Source: Eledone cirrhosa
Taxonomy: Eukaryota
Length of the DNA stretch: 64,000 bases
Assembly: GCA_964016885.1 (NCBI GenBank)
Contig: OZ024745.1
Span: 117,986,001 to 118,050,000, forward strand
Direction of reading: 5' to 3'
In this document: positions 1-10,880 of the stretch, piece after piece
Layout: every line of letters begins with the position of its first letter
Position numbering within the stretch: position 1 is the first letter of the stretch
The notes under the pieces: generated by a model
What the model saw: the letters and a program-made list of their open reading frames with translations, nothing else
Database searches by the model: none
Told to the model about the DNA's origin: nothing
Made by a program: the position numbers and the translations under genes

Positions 1-34
1 GTATGATTAGCATGTTAAGATGAAGAGAATATAT

Positions 35-81
<47 letters not shown>

Positions 82-283
82 GAAAATGATTCCGTTAGTA
101 GAAATATTTTTGAATGAACATATTTTTCTTATTTATTCGTATTTGTTCTGTTGTATTGTCAGCGCAAATGTATATTAAGATTTATTTAGTTCGGGTTTTT
201 ATTTTCTAAAGTAGAAGGTGTTATGTGTGTGTGTATGTGTCTGTTTGGATGGTTAGCATGTTATGGTGTTGACATAATGTATA

Positions 284-968
284 TTAAACCATATTTAATG
301 CTAGTCTATATTTTTGAATAAACATATTTTCCTTATTTATTCGTATTTGTTCTGTTGTATTGTCGGCGCAAAGGTAAAATGGGAAGACTTGGAATTTGGG
401 TGTCTTATTACTTGCGCATATATCTAGATATGCGCTTAATGGTATCTGTCTCGTGGTTGGATCTCGTAATTGTTGGCGATGAACTGTCATTCTGTTTCTG
501 AGTGTGATTTTAGTTTGTCTTATATAATCTTCATTGCATCCTTTACATTTAATGGCATAAAGTAGATTTTTTGATGAGCAAGTGAAGTGATTTTTTACAG
601 CAAAATTTTGTCCTGATTGGAATGTATACGTGTTACCTTCAATGAGGTGAGTGCAGGTTCCACAATTAGAGTGACCACATTTTTTGACAGTTGGTTTTAA
701 GTTTGTGGTAGGTAATTTGGCATTGGTGAGTAATGTTTTCAGTGATTTCGGTTGTCTTTTGCTTTTGATAATTTTGTGTGTTTCAAGGGCTTTTTTCATT
801 CTTGGGTCTTGTTTCAATAGTGCGATGTTCTTGTGAATAGTGTTGTAAGCTTCCGCATTTCTTGGATTGTGTGTTGAGATATATGATAGAATATTGGAGG
901 TACCTTGAATTTGTTTCTGTTTTCGTAATTCATCAATGCCTATTGCTTTAGCTCTTTCTATTCCATTA
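284..968 (-). mobile_element. Penelope-like element, 3' fragment (Cys-rich linker + GIY-YIG endonuclease; Neptune-like)
   Basis: The ORF contains CGHSNCGTC...FTCSSKNLLYAIKCKGCNEDYIRQT...LRNRMTVHRQQ...E..FI...L, the PLE C-terminal GIY-YIG pattern. It is 5'-truncated at a TA tract. Confidence 0.85.
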
Positions 969-1066
969 TTTATATATATATATATGCATATATGCAAAAG
1001 GCAAACAGAAATAACAAAGCAAACAACACAGTACATATGACACAATACATGGAAATCAATAATAAT

Positions 1067-1133
1067 GCCGCCGCCACCACCAACACCACCACCACCACCG
1101 CCACTACTACTACAAGTACCACCACCACCACCA

Positions 1134-1208
<75 letters not shown>
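1067..1208 (+). repeat. (ACC)n/(ACT)n microsatellite
   Basis: Directly visible trinucleotide run. Confidence 0.95.
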
Positions 1209-1612
1209 AGGGGGTTTTCTTTATTTGTTTTTAATTAATTATGATATTTTACCATTAAGTATTGAAGACGAGGTAGCAATCTTTTAGATTATTACATCCA
1301 TATTTCAGATTTGGTCTTTTTTCTACTGAGATTCAGCAATATGATTGGTTTAAAAATATTTTCTCACTTACTGCTGTCGTCTGCTTTATCGTTCATTTTA
1401 TTCATGTCAAAATTAGAACAGGCTATGAACTGATTTCATTCGATTAAATTTATTCTTCGTCAGATTTAAGATTAGTTTTATTTTCAGAAGAATTGTCAAA
1501 CAAAAGTTCACTGAAAATTGTCTACTACTACTCCCACCCCCCACCCACCTCATCAATAACTCATTAATATTTGAGCGACTATGCGAATGTATGTATGTAT
1601 GTATGTATGTAT

Positions 1613-3079
1613 GTTCTTCTGGTTTTATAATTTCACAAATTTTTTCCCAATAGAGAGAGAGTCGGTTTCTAACATAGACACAAGACTCTCTCATTGGAAT
1701 TTACACATCAACTAGGTAGATTATGTATGCATGCATGTGGTGTAGATATGGATGTTATTTTATGTGTGGATGTGGATGTTTTGAGTTATATGAGTGCATG
1801 TGTATATGCTTTGTATCTGTACATGTGTATATGCAGTTATTAGATGCAAAATATTTGGAATGTTTTACATATTTTTACTGTTCAATTAATGGATTGTACT
1901 TGTAATTTCCTAACTAGTTGTGTTTTTTCTGTTCCTGTGAAGCCTAGCTTTTCAACATTTGTATTGAGGCAGTTACTAACATACCCCAATGCCCCAACAA
2001 TCACAGGCATAAATCTGAAGATGTAATCAGGGTGGCGTATCTGCAGATTTCTCATCAGTTCTGCATAAATATTCTCCTTTTCGCTAATCTTTGATATTAT
2101 ATTGGCATCTGCTGGGCAGCTAATTTCCACTACTGCCTTCTTTTCCCTGTCCCATATCATTATATCTGGTCTTTTATGCCTGCATTTTATTGGAGTTTTT
2201 ACTGAAACATTCCACCAGTACTCTTTCATATTATGTACGTGGATGTCTTCCACATTGCTGTAGCTTTTAATGTGTTTATTATCGGTGCTATCTTTTTTAC
2301 GGATTGCATTGTACAGTATTTAGGCCACTAAATCATGCCTCATAGGTAGATAGTACCGCGATGACATCTTTGGACAGCTGCTGATGACATGGGTGATACC
2401 TTCGATGTTAGTTCTGCAGAGTCTGCACTTTTTATCACATCTAGATGATTTGCCTGCATCCCTATCTCTTTTGTGAATCAGGTATTTCGTGTTAATTTCC
2501 TGTTCTTGGATTGCAAAAGCGTATCCTTCAAAGTGGGAGCCAATATAGCGGTTGTTGGTCTAAGATAGACTACTTTCCTTATATATATTACTCTCACTCT
2601 GGAGCTTCCTGGCAACATATCCATGCATGATTTTTTGCTGATAAGCATGCAGTTTTTCATCCATGGATTCATTGCGTTACTGCTGGGCGACTTCCCTGCG
2701 TGTGAGTTTTTGATTATCACACAGGGGATAATTCTCGAGGAGTTCCTTTCCAACACTCATGATCTTATCGGTTTCATGCAGATAGACTTGCTTGAGAGAC
2801 AAGCTCCTACGCTTCGAGGTTCGTAGATGATGCGACATTCAAATGCTGTCTGGACTGATGTTAGGCCTCTGCCTCCCTGCTTACGTTTCAAGTAAAGGCG
2901 GTCTATATCACTGTTGATATGGAAATTTCCGGTATTGTTTAGTATTTTACGAGTTCCAACATCAACTGCTCGGATTTCGTCTATAGTCCAATTGAGTATT
3001 CCAAACGTTGGTGTTAGGATAGGCACAGCAAACACATTGTGAGCCACTATTTTGTTTTGCGCAGAGAGTTCCGATGACC
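1613..3079 (-). mobile_element. 5'-truncated R4/Dong-type (RLE) non-LTR retrotransposon flanked by (CATA)n
   Basis: Frames give NKIVAHNVFAVPILT...DIDRLYLKRKQGGRGL (thumb), CRLC...HVISSC (CCHC), RHD, and RPDIMIWD...VEISCP...PVIVGALG (RLE). A 3' UTR follows, and TATG repeats flank both ends on the + strand. Confidence 0.88.
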
Positions 3080-3159
3080 TATGTATGTATGTATGTATGT
3101 GTGTATGTATGTATGATGTATGTATGTACGTTTGTATGTATGTTTGTATGTATGTATGT

Positions 3160-3762
3160 GTCGAGTCACTCTTGAGTGCTACTGGTAACATGTAACCCAG
3201 TATAACCTGTCGCATGGTCGGGTCGTCGGCGACTAAACCGGCAACCCCACCAAGTTTACTTGGGGAGGAGGGTGATTTTTGGACACCCTGCAGGACAAAA
3301 ACAAAACCTGACAAAGGGCGGAAGAACTCATGAGTCAACGGCCATCCAAAAATGTGTAAATATGTATATACATATGTATATATGTATATAAATGTATGTG
3401 TGCTTATATGCGCGTAGACATAGATATAACCGGGCTGGATACCCGATCGCGCGGTTAAACCACTGAGAGTGAAAGATCCCTACCCTTTGTCAGAGCTTTC
3501 TTCTAGGAGAAGGCAACTCAGGAAACTGGGATAACTCCGACATAAAACCTGCAGCTCAGTAGTTACCGAGGATGTTGATCTTTTCTTCTTTTCGGGTTAT
3601 AGCTACTGTCGCTCAGAGAGTGGGATTGGCTCAGTGCACAGCCTTTCCTCACTTTAAAGAATATCTTCACGCACTGGCATTGCACGATAGAATTAATAAA
3701 TAATTATTAATAATGGTATATCGTGCAATGGCCATACTCGATAACGAGGGGGCAACCATCAT
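3160..3762 (+). mobile_element. Non-autonomous RTE-like retroposon, subfamily A
   Basis: Homologous to 10881-11370, 3776-4300 and 34291-34810. Carries a CTAGGAGAAGG(C/A)AACTC motif resembling RTE 5' UTRs and ends CCATCAT + TATG tail. Confidence 0.7.
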
Positions 3763-3775
3763 CTATGTATGTTAT

Positions 3776-4300
3776 GTCAGGTTGCTTTCGAGTGCTACTG
3801 GTAACATATAACCCAGTATAACCTGTCTCATGGTCGGGTTGTCGACGACTAAACCGGCAACTCCATCAAGTTTGCTTGGTGAGGAGGGTGATATTTGGAC
3901 ACCCTGCGGGATAAAATATAAGACCCGGCAAAGGGCCGAGGAACTCAGCAGAGTCAACGACAAACCAAATAGTACTTTTTTTCACCCGGGAGTGAAGGGC
4001 CCCCAGTTGTTGTCACAACACCTTTCTAGGAGAGGGAAACTCTGAAAAAAAAACACCTGCGGCTTCGGAGGCATCCGATGGTGTTGATCAGTTCTCCTTT
4101 TCGGGTAGTGTTTTCGATGCTCAGAGAGTAGGGTTGGTCGAGTGCAAGGCCTTTCCCCACTTAGAAAACCTTGAAAGGTCAGGCATTGCTTGTTTAGCAT
4201 ATTTTACAGGTTCGTGTGGTTGGCCGTAGCCTACAAGTGCACCAAACTCTATAATCTGACAAGCGATTGCAATACTCTTAGCAGAGTTTGCAGCCATTAT
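3776..4300 (+). mobile_element. Non-autonomous RTE-like retroposon, subfamily B
   Basis: Full-length match to 55328-55855 and to the reverse complement of 11384-11905; (TATG)n tail. Confidence 0.75.
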
Positions 4301-4321
4301 GTATGTATGTTTATATGTATA

Positions 4322-4600
4322 AGCGGTAAATTGGCAGAGTCGATAAGACGTCAGATAGAATACTTTACGGTATTCGTCCCTCCTCATTGCGGGTTCTGAG
4401 TTTAAATCCCGCCTTGGTCAACTTTCGAGGTTGATAAAAAAGTACCAGTCCAGTATTGGGGTCGATTCTTTCTCTATAGAAAAAATCGGCTGTGTTCAGA
4501 CCTGGAGAGGGTTGGGTTCCGCCAGGCTTAAAAGTGCCCTAGACATGCCGTTTGACGGTGCCTCTACGACTCCACAAGGAGTTATTGGATCTTTATCCTT
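4322..4600 (+). mobile_element. tRNA-derived SINE, family S2
   Basis: A-box-like TTGGCAGAGTCG, B-box-like GAGTTTAAATCCC, and the AGTACCAGTC..GGGGTCGATTC core shared with 6345-6685, 14085-14336 and 22695-22970. Confidence 0.7.
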
Positions 4601-4734
4601 ATCCCTTGTGTATATATGTATGTCTGTATGTGTGTGTGTGTATGTCTGTATGTATGTATGTATGTATGTATGTTTGTATGCATGTATGTATGTGTGTCTG
4701 TATGTATGTATGTGTGTGTGTATGCATGAACTGT

Positions 4735-4865
4735 GAAGGTCCGTGACTTAGTGGTTAGGGTGTTTGATTCACAATCATAAAGTCATGAGTTTGATTTCAT
4801 GTGAGAGGTTGTGCCCTTGTTCAAGACAGTATATTCCACTCTGCTCTGTCCCACTTAGCTGGAGA
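4735..4865 (+). mobile_element. Degenerate tRNA-head (CORE-like) SINE
   Basis: GTGACTTAGTGGTTAGGGTG head similar to those at 21043 and 21726(-). Confidence 0.5.
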
Positions 4866-5044
4866 AAAATCATTTGTAGCCCTAATCCAAAGGGCCAGTC
4901 TTGGCCAGTCTAAAATAAAAAAGTTATTTGTTACTGATATAGCTTTGATTGAATTATATTGCTCTTCACAATTGAAATTCGGCAAAGGAATAAGAATTGT
5001 CATATATTTATTAGTTCAACGAAATACTTTCGTTTAGAAGTATA

Positions 5045-5338
5045 CTAGCAGAATGGCCCGGCGTTGCTCGGGATTTGCTCTAGGGTTCTTATATATTTGA
5101 TATATATTTATCCTTATCGAGCCTCGTGAAATAAATACGTTTGTTTATATTTTGTTATTGTGAATGCAAAAATATCTGTACACGAATATATAATAATAAT
5201 AATAATAATAATATATATATATATAGTAAAATAACAGATTAAAGTTTAAGCAAAGAATCGCTGCTTTCACCCTTAACGGGATCTTCTGAAACTAAAAAAA
5301 TCAATCTGTGAACGCAGAAGTAAATATTTTGAAAAACG

Positions 5339-5434
<96 letters not shown>

Positions 5435-5740
5435 GGTAGCGTCATAATGTCGTAATGCAGACACACAGACATACAGATACACAGACATACAGACAGATAT
5501 TATAAGGGCGCAACGTTATATCTATGTATCTATCTAAAAGGTAAGACTAAGAATTATATAGAGAGATCGCTAAATCACCTAATGCGGTCCCTAGGGCATT
5601 GAAAATTTGAAATATATTTTGCTCAAAACACCCACAGGACCATAGGTATTCCATGTGTAAAGTTTGAAAACAATTGGTTGGGTGGTTCTCGAGTTTTAGC
5701 GAATCAGACAGACAGACATTCTCTGTTTTAGATATATAGA
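5045..5740 (-). mobile_element. Complete non-autonomous Helitron
   Basis: The minus strand reads a|TCTATATATCTAAAA...CCCGAGCAACGCCGGG (hairpin) CCATTCTG CTAG|t, giving a 5' TC, a 3' hairpin + CTAG and an A|T target. Its internal block recurs at 56420-56535 and 58125-58320. Confidence 0.85.
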
Positions 5741-6009
5741 TTATTGTTGCTGAGAGAAGAGAAACTCTATTAGGTTTTCGACAGAACCATTCATCATTGA
5801 ATGTTTTGTCTTTTTCTTTTTGATAGATTTGATTTCGCTGACACAAACCTCTACAATTCTTTTTCAATTTTAAATGATTATATTCTAATGTGTATGGCTG
5901 ACTTTTAATAGAAACAACAACAATAATAACAACATGAATTATTCCCACAATTCAAAAATGAGTTCTTTATGTGATTATATTTCGACGTTTAATGTTGAAT
6001 AAATACATC

Positions 6010-6200
6010 TGGCAGCGAAGGGCAAGTTGCCTTGTGGTATTTAATAACGACACATTATGTCCTGAGTTCAAATCCCGTCGTGGTTGTGTTTGTGTTTTAT
6101 CCTTACATGGTCGATAAGAAAAAATACTAATCAATTTCTAGGGTCAATTTTATACATTATCTATTTCTATTAGAGTACCTAGCCTTGCGCCATTGTTACA
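6010..6200 (+). mobile_element. Degenerate tRNA-derived SINE (S1-like)
   Basis: CTGAGTTCAAATCCCG...TTATCCTTACATGGTCGATAA core. Confidence 0.55.
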
Positions 6201-6344
6201 ACTCAATATGTACTGCCAAATGTTAGTGTCAAGTGGATGAATCAAAAGAAAAATAATAATACACAAACCAAGCAAGCATTTGAGGAGGGAAGAGCAAGTC
6301 AAACGGTCATGTGTTTCAGGTTCTTAAAGATACATGTATATAAG

Positions 6345-6685
6345 TGTATGTATGTATGGTCCCGTATCTTCTGATAGAGTCGTAAGGGGGGCCGTATTGA
6401 CATACGGCGTTTCTTAGGCATCTTAAACCTGGCAGAGCCCATCCCTCTCCAGGCCTGAGTACAGCATATTTCTTCCATAGAAAGATAGATAGAAAGAGGA
6501 AATGAGAAAGAGATATAGAGGAAGAATCGACCCCAATACTAGACTAGTACTTTTTTTAATAACCTCGAAAGGATGAAAGGCAGAGTTGACCTCGGTGGGA
6601 TTTGAACACCAAGAGCAGAGAGTCGGAACAAATACCATAAAGCATTCTATCTGACGTTCTAACGACTCCGCTAATTCGCCGCCTT
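6345..6685 (-). mobile_element. tRNA-derived SINE S2, full length, (CATA)n tail
   Basis: Head GGCGGCGAATTAGCGGAGTCGTTAG, B box GTTCAAATCCC, shared core, and tail ...GGACCATACATACAT. Confidence 0.8.
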
Positions 6686-6799
6686 GCATATCAGGAGCAA
6701 AAATCACATCTTTTGTACCTTTGCAGTGTTTCGAAACTATTCTATGCAATATTTTACACGAATGGAATTATCTGAACACCAACCGCAAACACCAATACC

Positions 6800-7085
6800 A
6801 CCAACATCACTGGGCATGGTACAAGATATGTTTAAACAAAGATTTTAGTCGCATGTTTGGGTTTTCAAATACACTGAAATGAAAACAACGACTACCCTAG
6901 CGAGACATATATAGGAATCAAAGGACATGTTATAAACGGAGAATACTAAAAAAGTCCACTGCATTTATAAACGGATCGAAGAAATGTGGGCTTTGTGCCA
7001 GCCAGAAAAGCAGAATACTCCAAGATTTAAAATCTAATAAAGACCTCAACTCCAAAAGTAAGATTTTCAGGAGCTGTTTGTATTT
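6800..7085 (+). mobile_element. Degenerate Penelope-like GIY-YIG C-terminal fragment
   Basis: Hand translation GMVQDMFKQRF*SH..F...TTTLARHI*ESKD...RILKKSTAFINGSKKCGLC...LNSKSKIFRSC matches a PLE endonuclease tail. Confidence 0.6.
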
Positions 7086-7300
7086 AAAAAATAGTTACTC
7101 TCTTCATAGAAACATCAAATTTCAAGTCTACAGCCTGCGCAGCTAAATGTACAAAAACCACCTTAAAAATAATATATAAGCTCTCATTCCATCACAACCT
7201 ATTACAATATTATCACTCATTATGATACAACTCTTCACTCTTCTTTTATAATTCCCTCTCCATACTTATAACATATGTAACGTGCTACCACCTTCTACAG

Positions 7301-7573
7301 CAGTCATGGGCAACCTGCGGTCCGCGAAGCTTCCTGAACGGCTCACCTAAGTCACCTATGTGAAATCTTTCTGATTTTTTTACCCAAACTTTTCAGTCGT
7401 AATTTATCTCGAGGAAAACAACGTGTACGAATTCTGAGGAAACAAATCAAAACAACCTGAGTTACCGCCCTTCTTTTTAATGTGGGCAAGAATATAAATT
7501 AGTGCTTGCGGCCCGCTTGAGCATGAGCCATATCTCATGCGGCCTGATTCTCGAAAAAGGTTACCCATGCCTG
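7301..7573. mobile_element. hAT-type MITE
   Basis: 16-bp TIRs CAGTCATGGGCAACCT / AGGTTACCCATGCCTG, 8-bp TSD TTCTACAG / TTCTATAG, and subterminal TGCGGCC motifs. Confidence 0.85.
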
Positions 7574-8279
7574 TTCTATAGTTTCACTGGGTATTGGATG
7601 TTTCACTGAGTATTGCGAGAACGGGAAATAATCTCTGAGTTACTTCCCCAATACCAATTATACATTTTCTTGTTGTTTCTCATATGCTCTTACTTTATCC
7701 CACGAGACATTTGGTCAATTCTCCTTCGGCGATTTGTAAAACATTCCCCTGTGGATATGGCTAGAAAACGTTGCTTGTACAAGAGTGTTAAACCATGAAA
7801 CCTTTGCTTGCGCAACGAATATCTCCGTGCATGAATCATAATAAATTAGCTTTAGTTCTATTTATATAGAGAACGTTTTTCTTATTATTAATATTCTCGC
7901 TAAACACAAACACACACACACACATACGCACACACACCACACATATAAATGTATGTATGTATATACATTCATATGTTTGTGTGGGAATATATGTTTACAT
8001 TTTCAAAGCTGTTTAATTTAGCTTCTTATGTATATGAAGGAAGTTGTCACGAGCCGTTTAGCCCAATGGATAGATCAGTCAGCCGGTTTCTGAAAGATAT
8101 GGAATTCGAATTTTTATATCGCTTTTTTTATATGACTTTTTTCTTCAGATTTTCTAACTTTTAGCAACCAACTGTATTTACAGTTCTGCGTCAGAATTTT
8201 GAAACGTTTTCTTTGAAACACATTCTCTCTGCGTTTAGAAAAGTCAAACTTTGTATACGATATATTTAATTTTTTGTTC

Positions 8280-8470
8280 ACTTATTCCTTTGAGGGTTGT
8301 GAGAGCAGAGTCCTCAAGCGCATTTTCTAGCGGGTCCTGTCTGAAGCAACCGAGTCCAGTTGACTCGGCTGTATCCCCAAGCGAGACCAGCCGATGTGAG
8401 ATCACAGCAGCAACAGAAAGAATCGTTCAACAGTTTTGACGGGCAAAACCAGCCAGCAGGAGTCCCAGGG
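8280..8470 (-). mobile_element. RTE LINE 3' remnant
   Basis: Homologous to 13545-13910 and 38940-39190 (WSRLGI...VASDRTR motif). Confidence 0.65.
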
Positions 8471-8618
8471 ATAGGGGGTAGACGCTTAGCAAGATGGTTG
8501 GATAAAATTCATATATATATGGTGAATTAACTGTTGTGGAACTACCTCTACCAAACTCGTCCCTATATATATATATTATTCATTCATGCATGCGTGTGCG
8601 TGTATGTATGATTGTGTA

Positions 8619-8713
<95 letters not shown>

Positions 8714-8943
8714 ATATATGTATATATATATATATATACTTCTCTCTCCTTTTTCCCCAATAACTTCCTTAGTTATTGATGCACTGGAGGTAGACATCTT
8801 GTCTTTAATGCGTCCATAATCTCCAGCAGACAACCGATGAAAGGAAATTATCCCCCGTTCGTGCTTTCCTCTTATTTATAAATACATTTTATCCAGCAAC
8901 AACACACCTCCTGTTTCTTATACACACACACACAGACACACAC

Positions 8944-9006
<63 letters not shown>

Positions 9007-9656
9007 CATATAGATATATAAATTCTTCTCCTTCTTTGCCTACTTTTGAACTCCAAAAAGTAAACACATTCATCGATATTGTCGTCATTATTGCCGACAC
9101 GAGGGCATTAGTATATATGTAACGTCAGACAACACATCATCAGTTAACCTCGTAAACACTATTAATACTATTTCACTCCTTGTCTTCCTATGTATATACG
9201 TCGTTCAGTTCTCCCATTATCAGTATAAATATTTCATTTAACTATTCTCGCCAAACAATCTCAAATAGATGCTGTTCTATACTAACTTCCTACTGTTGAT
9301 CATGAGATGCTGTTCACACTCAGACTGTAAATTGCTACTACAGTGTGTAAGTAATATTCCAAGGAGCATGATCGTTTGAGAATTACGACGTTGCATGGGT
9401 CTTAGATTACGTAATTATTTACGTAATGCACTGTTTAATAAGCAGTTGGTGTATCAGAAACCACGTTAGTCGTCTGGGTATCTACCAATTTGTCCTTTTC
9501 GCATTCTTGATATCCTGTTGTTTCCCCGGCTAAATTCTAAACGAAAGCACGATCATTGAAGAATTTGTTTCTTCATCCATTGAGTCAACGGAGACAACCT
9601 TAATCAATTCGACTTATGTCGTCGCTAAACAACACAACGGTTAATGTCGTAAATAC

Positions 9657-9698
<42 letters not shown>

Positions 9699-9750
9699 TT
9701 TCTGAATTTGTTTAGCAAGATTCTTTATCTGAAATCGTGTGTTGAAACCG

Positions 9751-9925
9751 ATATTGTTATACTTTGGGAGGGTCATGTTGCCAATAAGAAACACACGCAC
9801 CAGTTGCTTTCACTTCAATTTATTATATATTTATAAATTTACAAATATATAATATATATAATAAATTGAAGTGAAAGCAACTGGTGCGTGTGTTTCTTAT
9901 TGGCAACATGACCCTCCCAAAGTAT

Positions 9926-9933
<8 letters not shown>
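9751..9933. repeat. Perfect 80-bp inverted repeat (23-bp AT spacer) between (TA)n tracts
   Basis: 9751-9830 is the exact reverse complement of 9854-9933. Related sequence occurs at 49224-49290. Confidence 0.95.
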
Positions 9934-10007
<74 letters not shown>

Positions 10008-10404
10008 TAGAAAAAAAGAGAATCAGTGTTGCGACGATTGGAATTTATTGGACATATTACAATAGTTTCTCTGGCGACCAGCTCAAGCCACAGTACCACT
10101 ACCACCACAGTACAACTACCACTACAGTACCACACCACTACATCACCACAGTACCACAACCACCACTATACCACTACACTACCACCACGAGACACTTAAG
10201 ATACACCAGTTTTCTGCGGTAATTACCACCCCCACTTAAATCTGAAAAGCGCACGCACACACACACACACACACACAGAAACTACTACACAGGCACACAA
10301 ACAAAGACACACACACAAAAACTACTACACAGGCACCCTAACACACACATATACACTGAAAAGATACACGGACATATATAGTTATATAATGTAGAAAGTT
10401 GAAG

Positions 10405-10545
10405 GCTAAGACCTTTGATACTTACATCGTACCAGTTGTGTTATAGGGTCTTGACTGTGTTAATTGGATGACAAGGTCTCTTCAGGAGCTCTCTACATTC
10501 CAGAACCACATCATGAGACTTATGAATGGCAAGAGGCTCTGCGAC
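10405..10545 (+). mobile_element. RTE LINE internal fragment
   Basis: Aligns to 60490-60604 (CTTACATC.TACCAGTTGTGTTAT...CATCATGAGACTTATGA.TGGCAAG). Confidence 0.65.
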
Positions 10546-10866
10546 TAGTTAGGAAATTACGAGTACAATCCATCAATGGAACAGTAAAAATATGTAAAAT
10601 ATTCCAAAAATTCTGCATCTAATAACTGCATATACACATGTACAGATACAAAGCATATGCACATGCACCCATACAATTCAAAACATACACTTTCACACAT
10701 ACAATAACACCCGTACCTGCACACACAGGGATGCAGGCATGCATACATATGTACTTAGTTGATGTGTAAAATCAAATGAGAGAGTCTTGTATCTATGTTA
10801 GAAACCGACTCTCCCTCTGTTGGTAAAAATTTGTGAAATTATAAAACCAGAAAAACATACATACAT
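10543..10866 (+). mobile_element. R4/Dong 3' end (same family as 1613-3079), CATA tail
   Basis: Reverse-complement match to 1613-1917; ends CCAGAAAAACATACATACAT. Confidence 0.85.
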
Positions 10867-10880
10867 ATATATATATGCAT

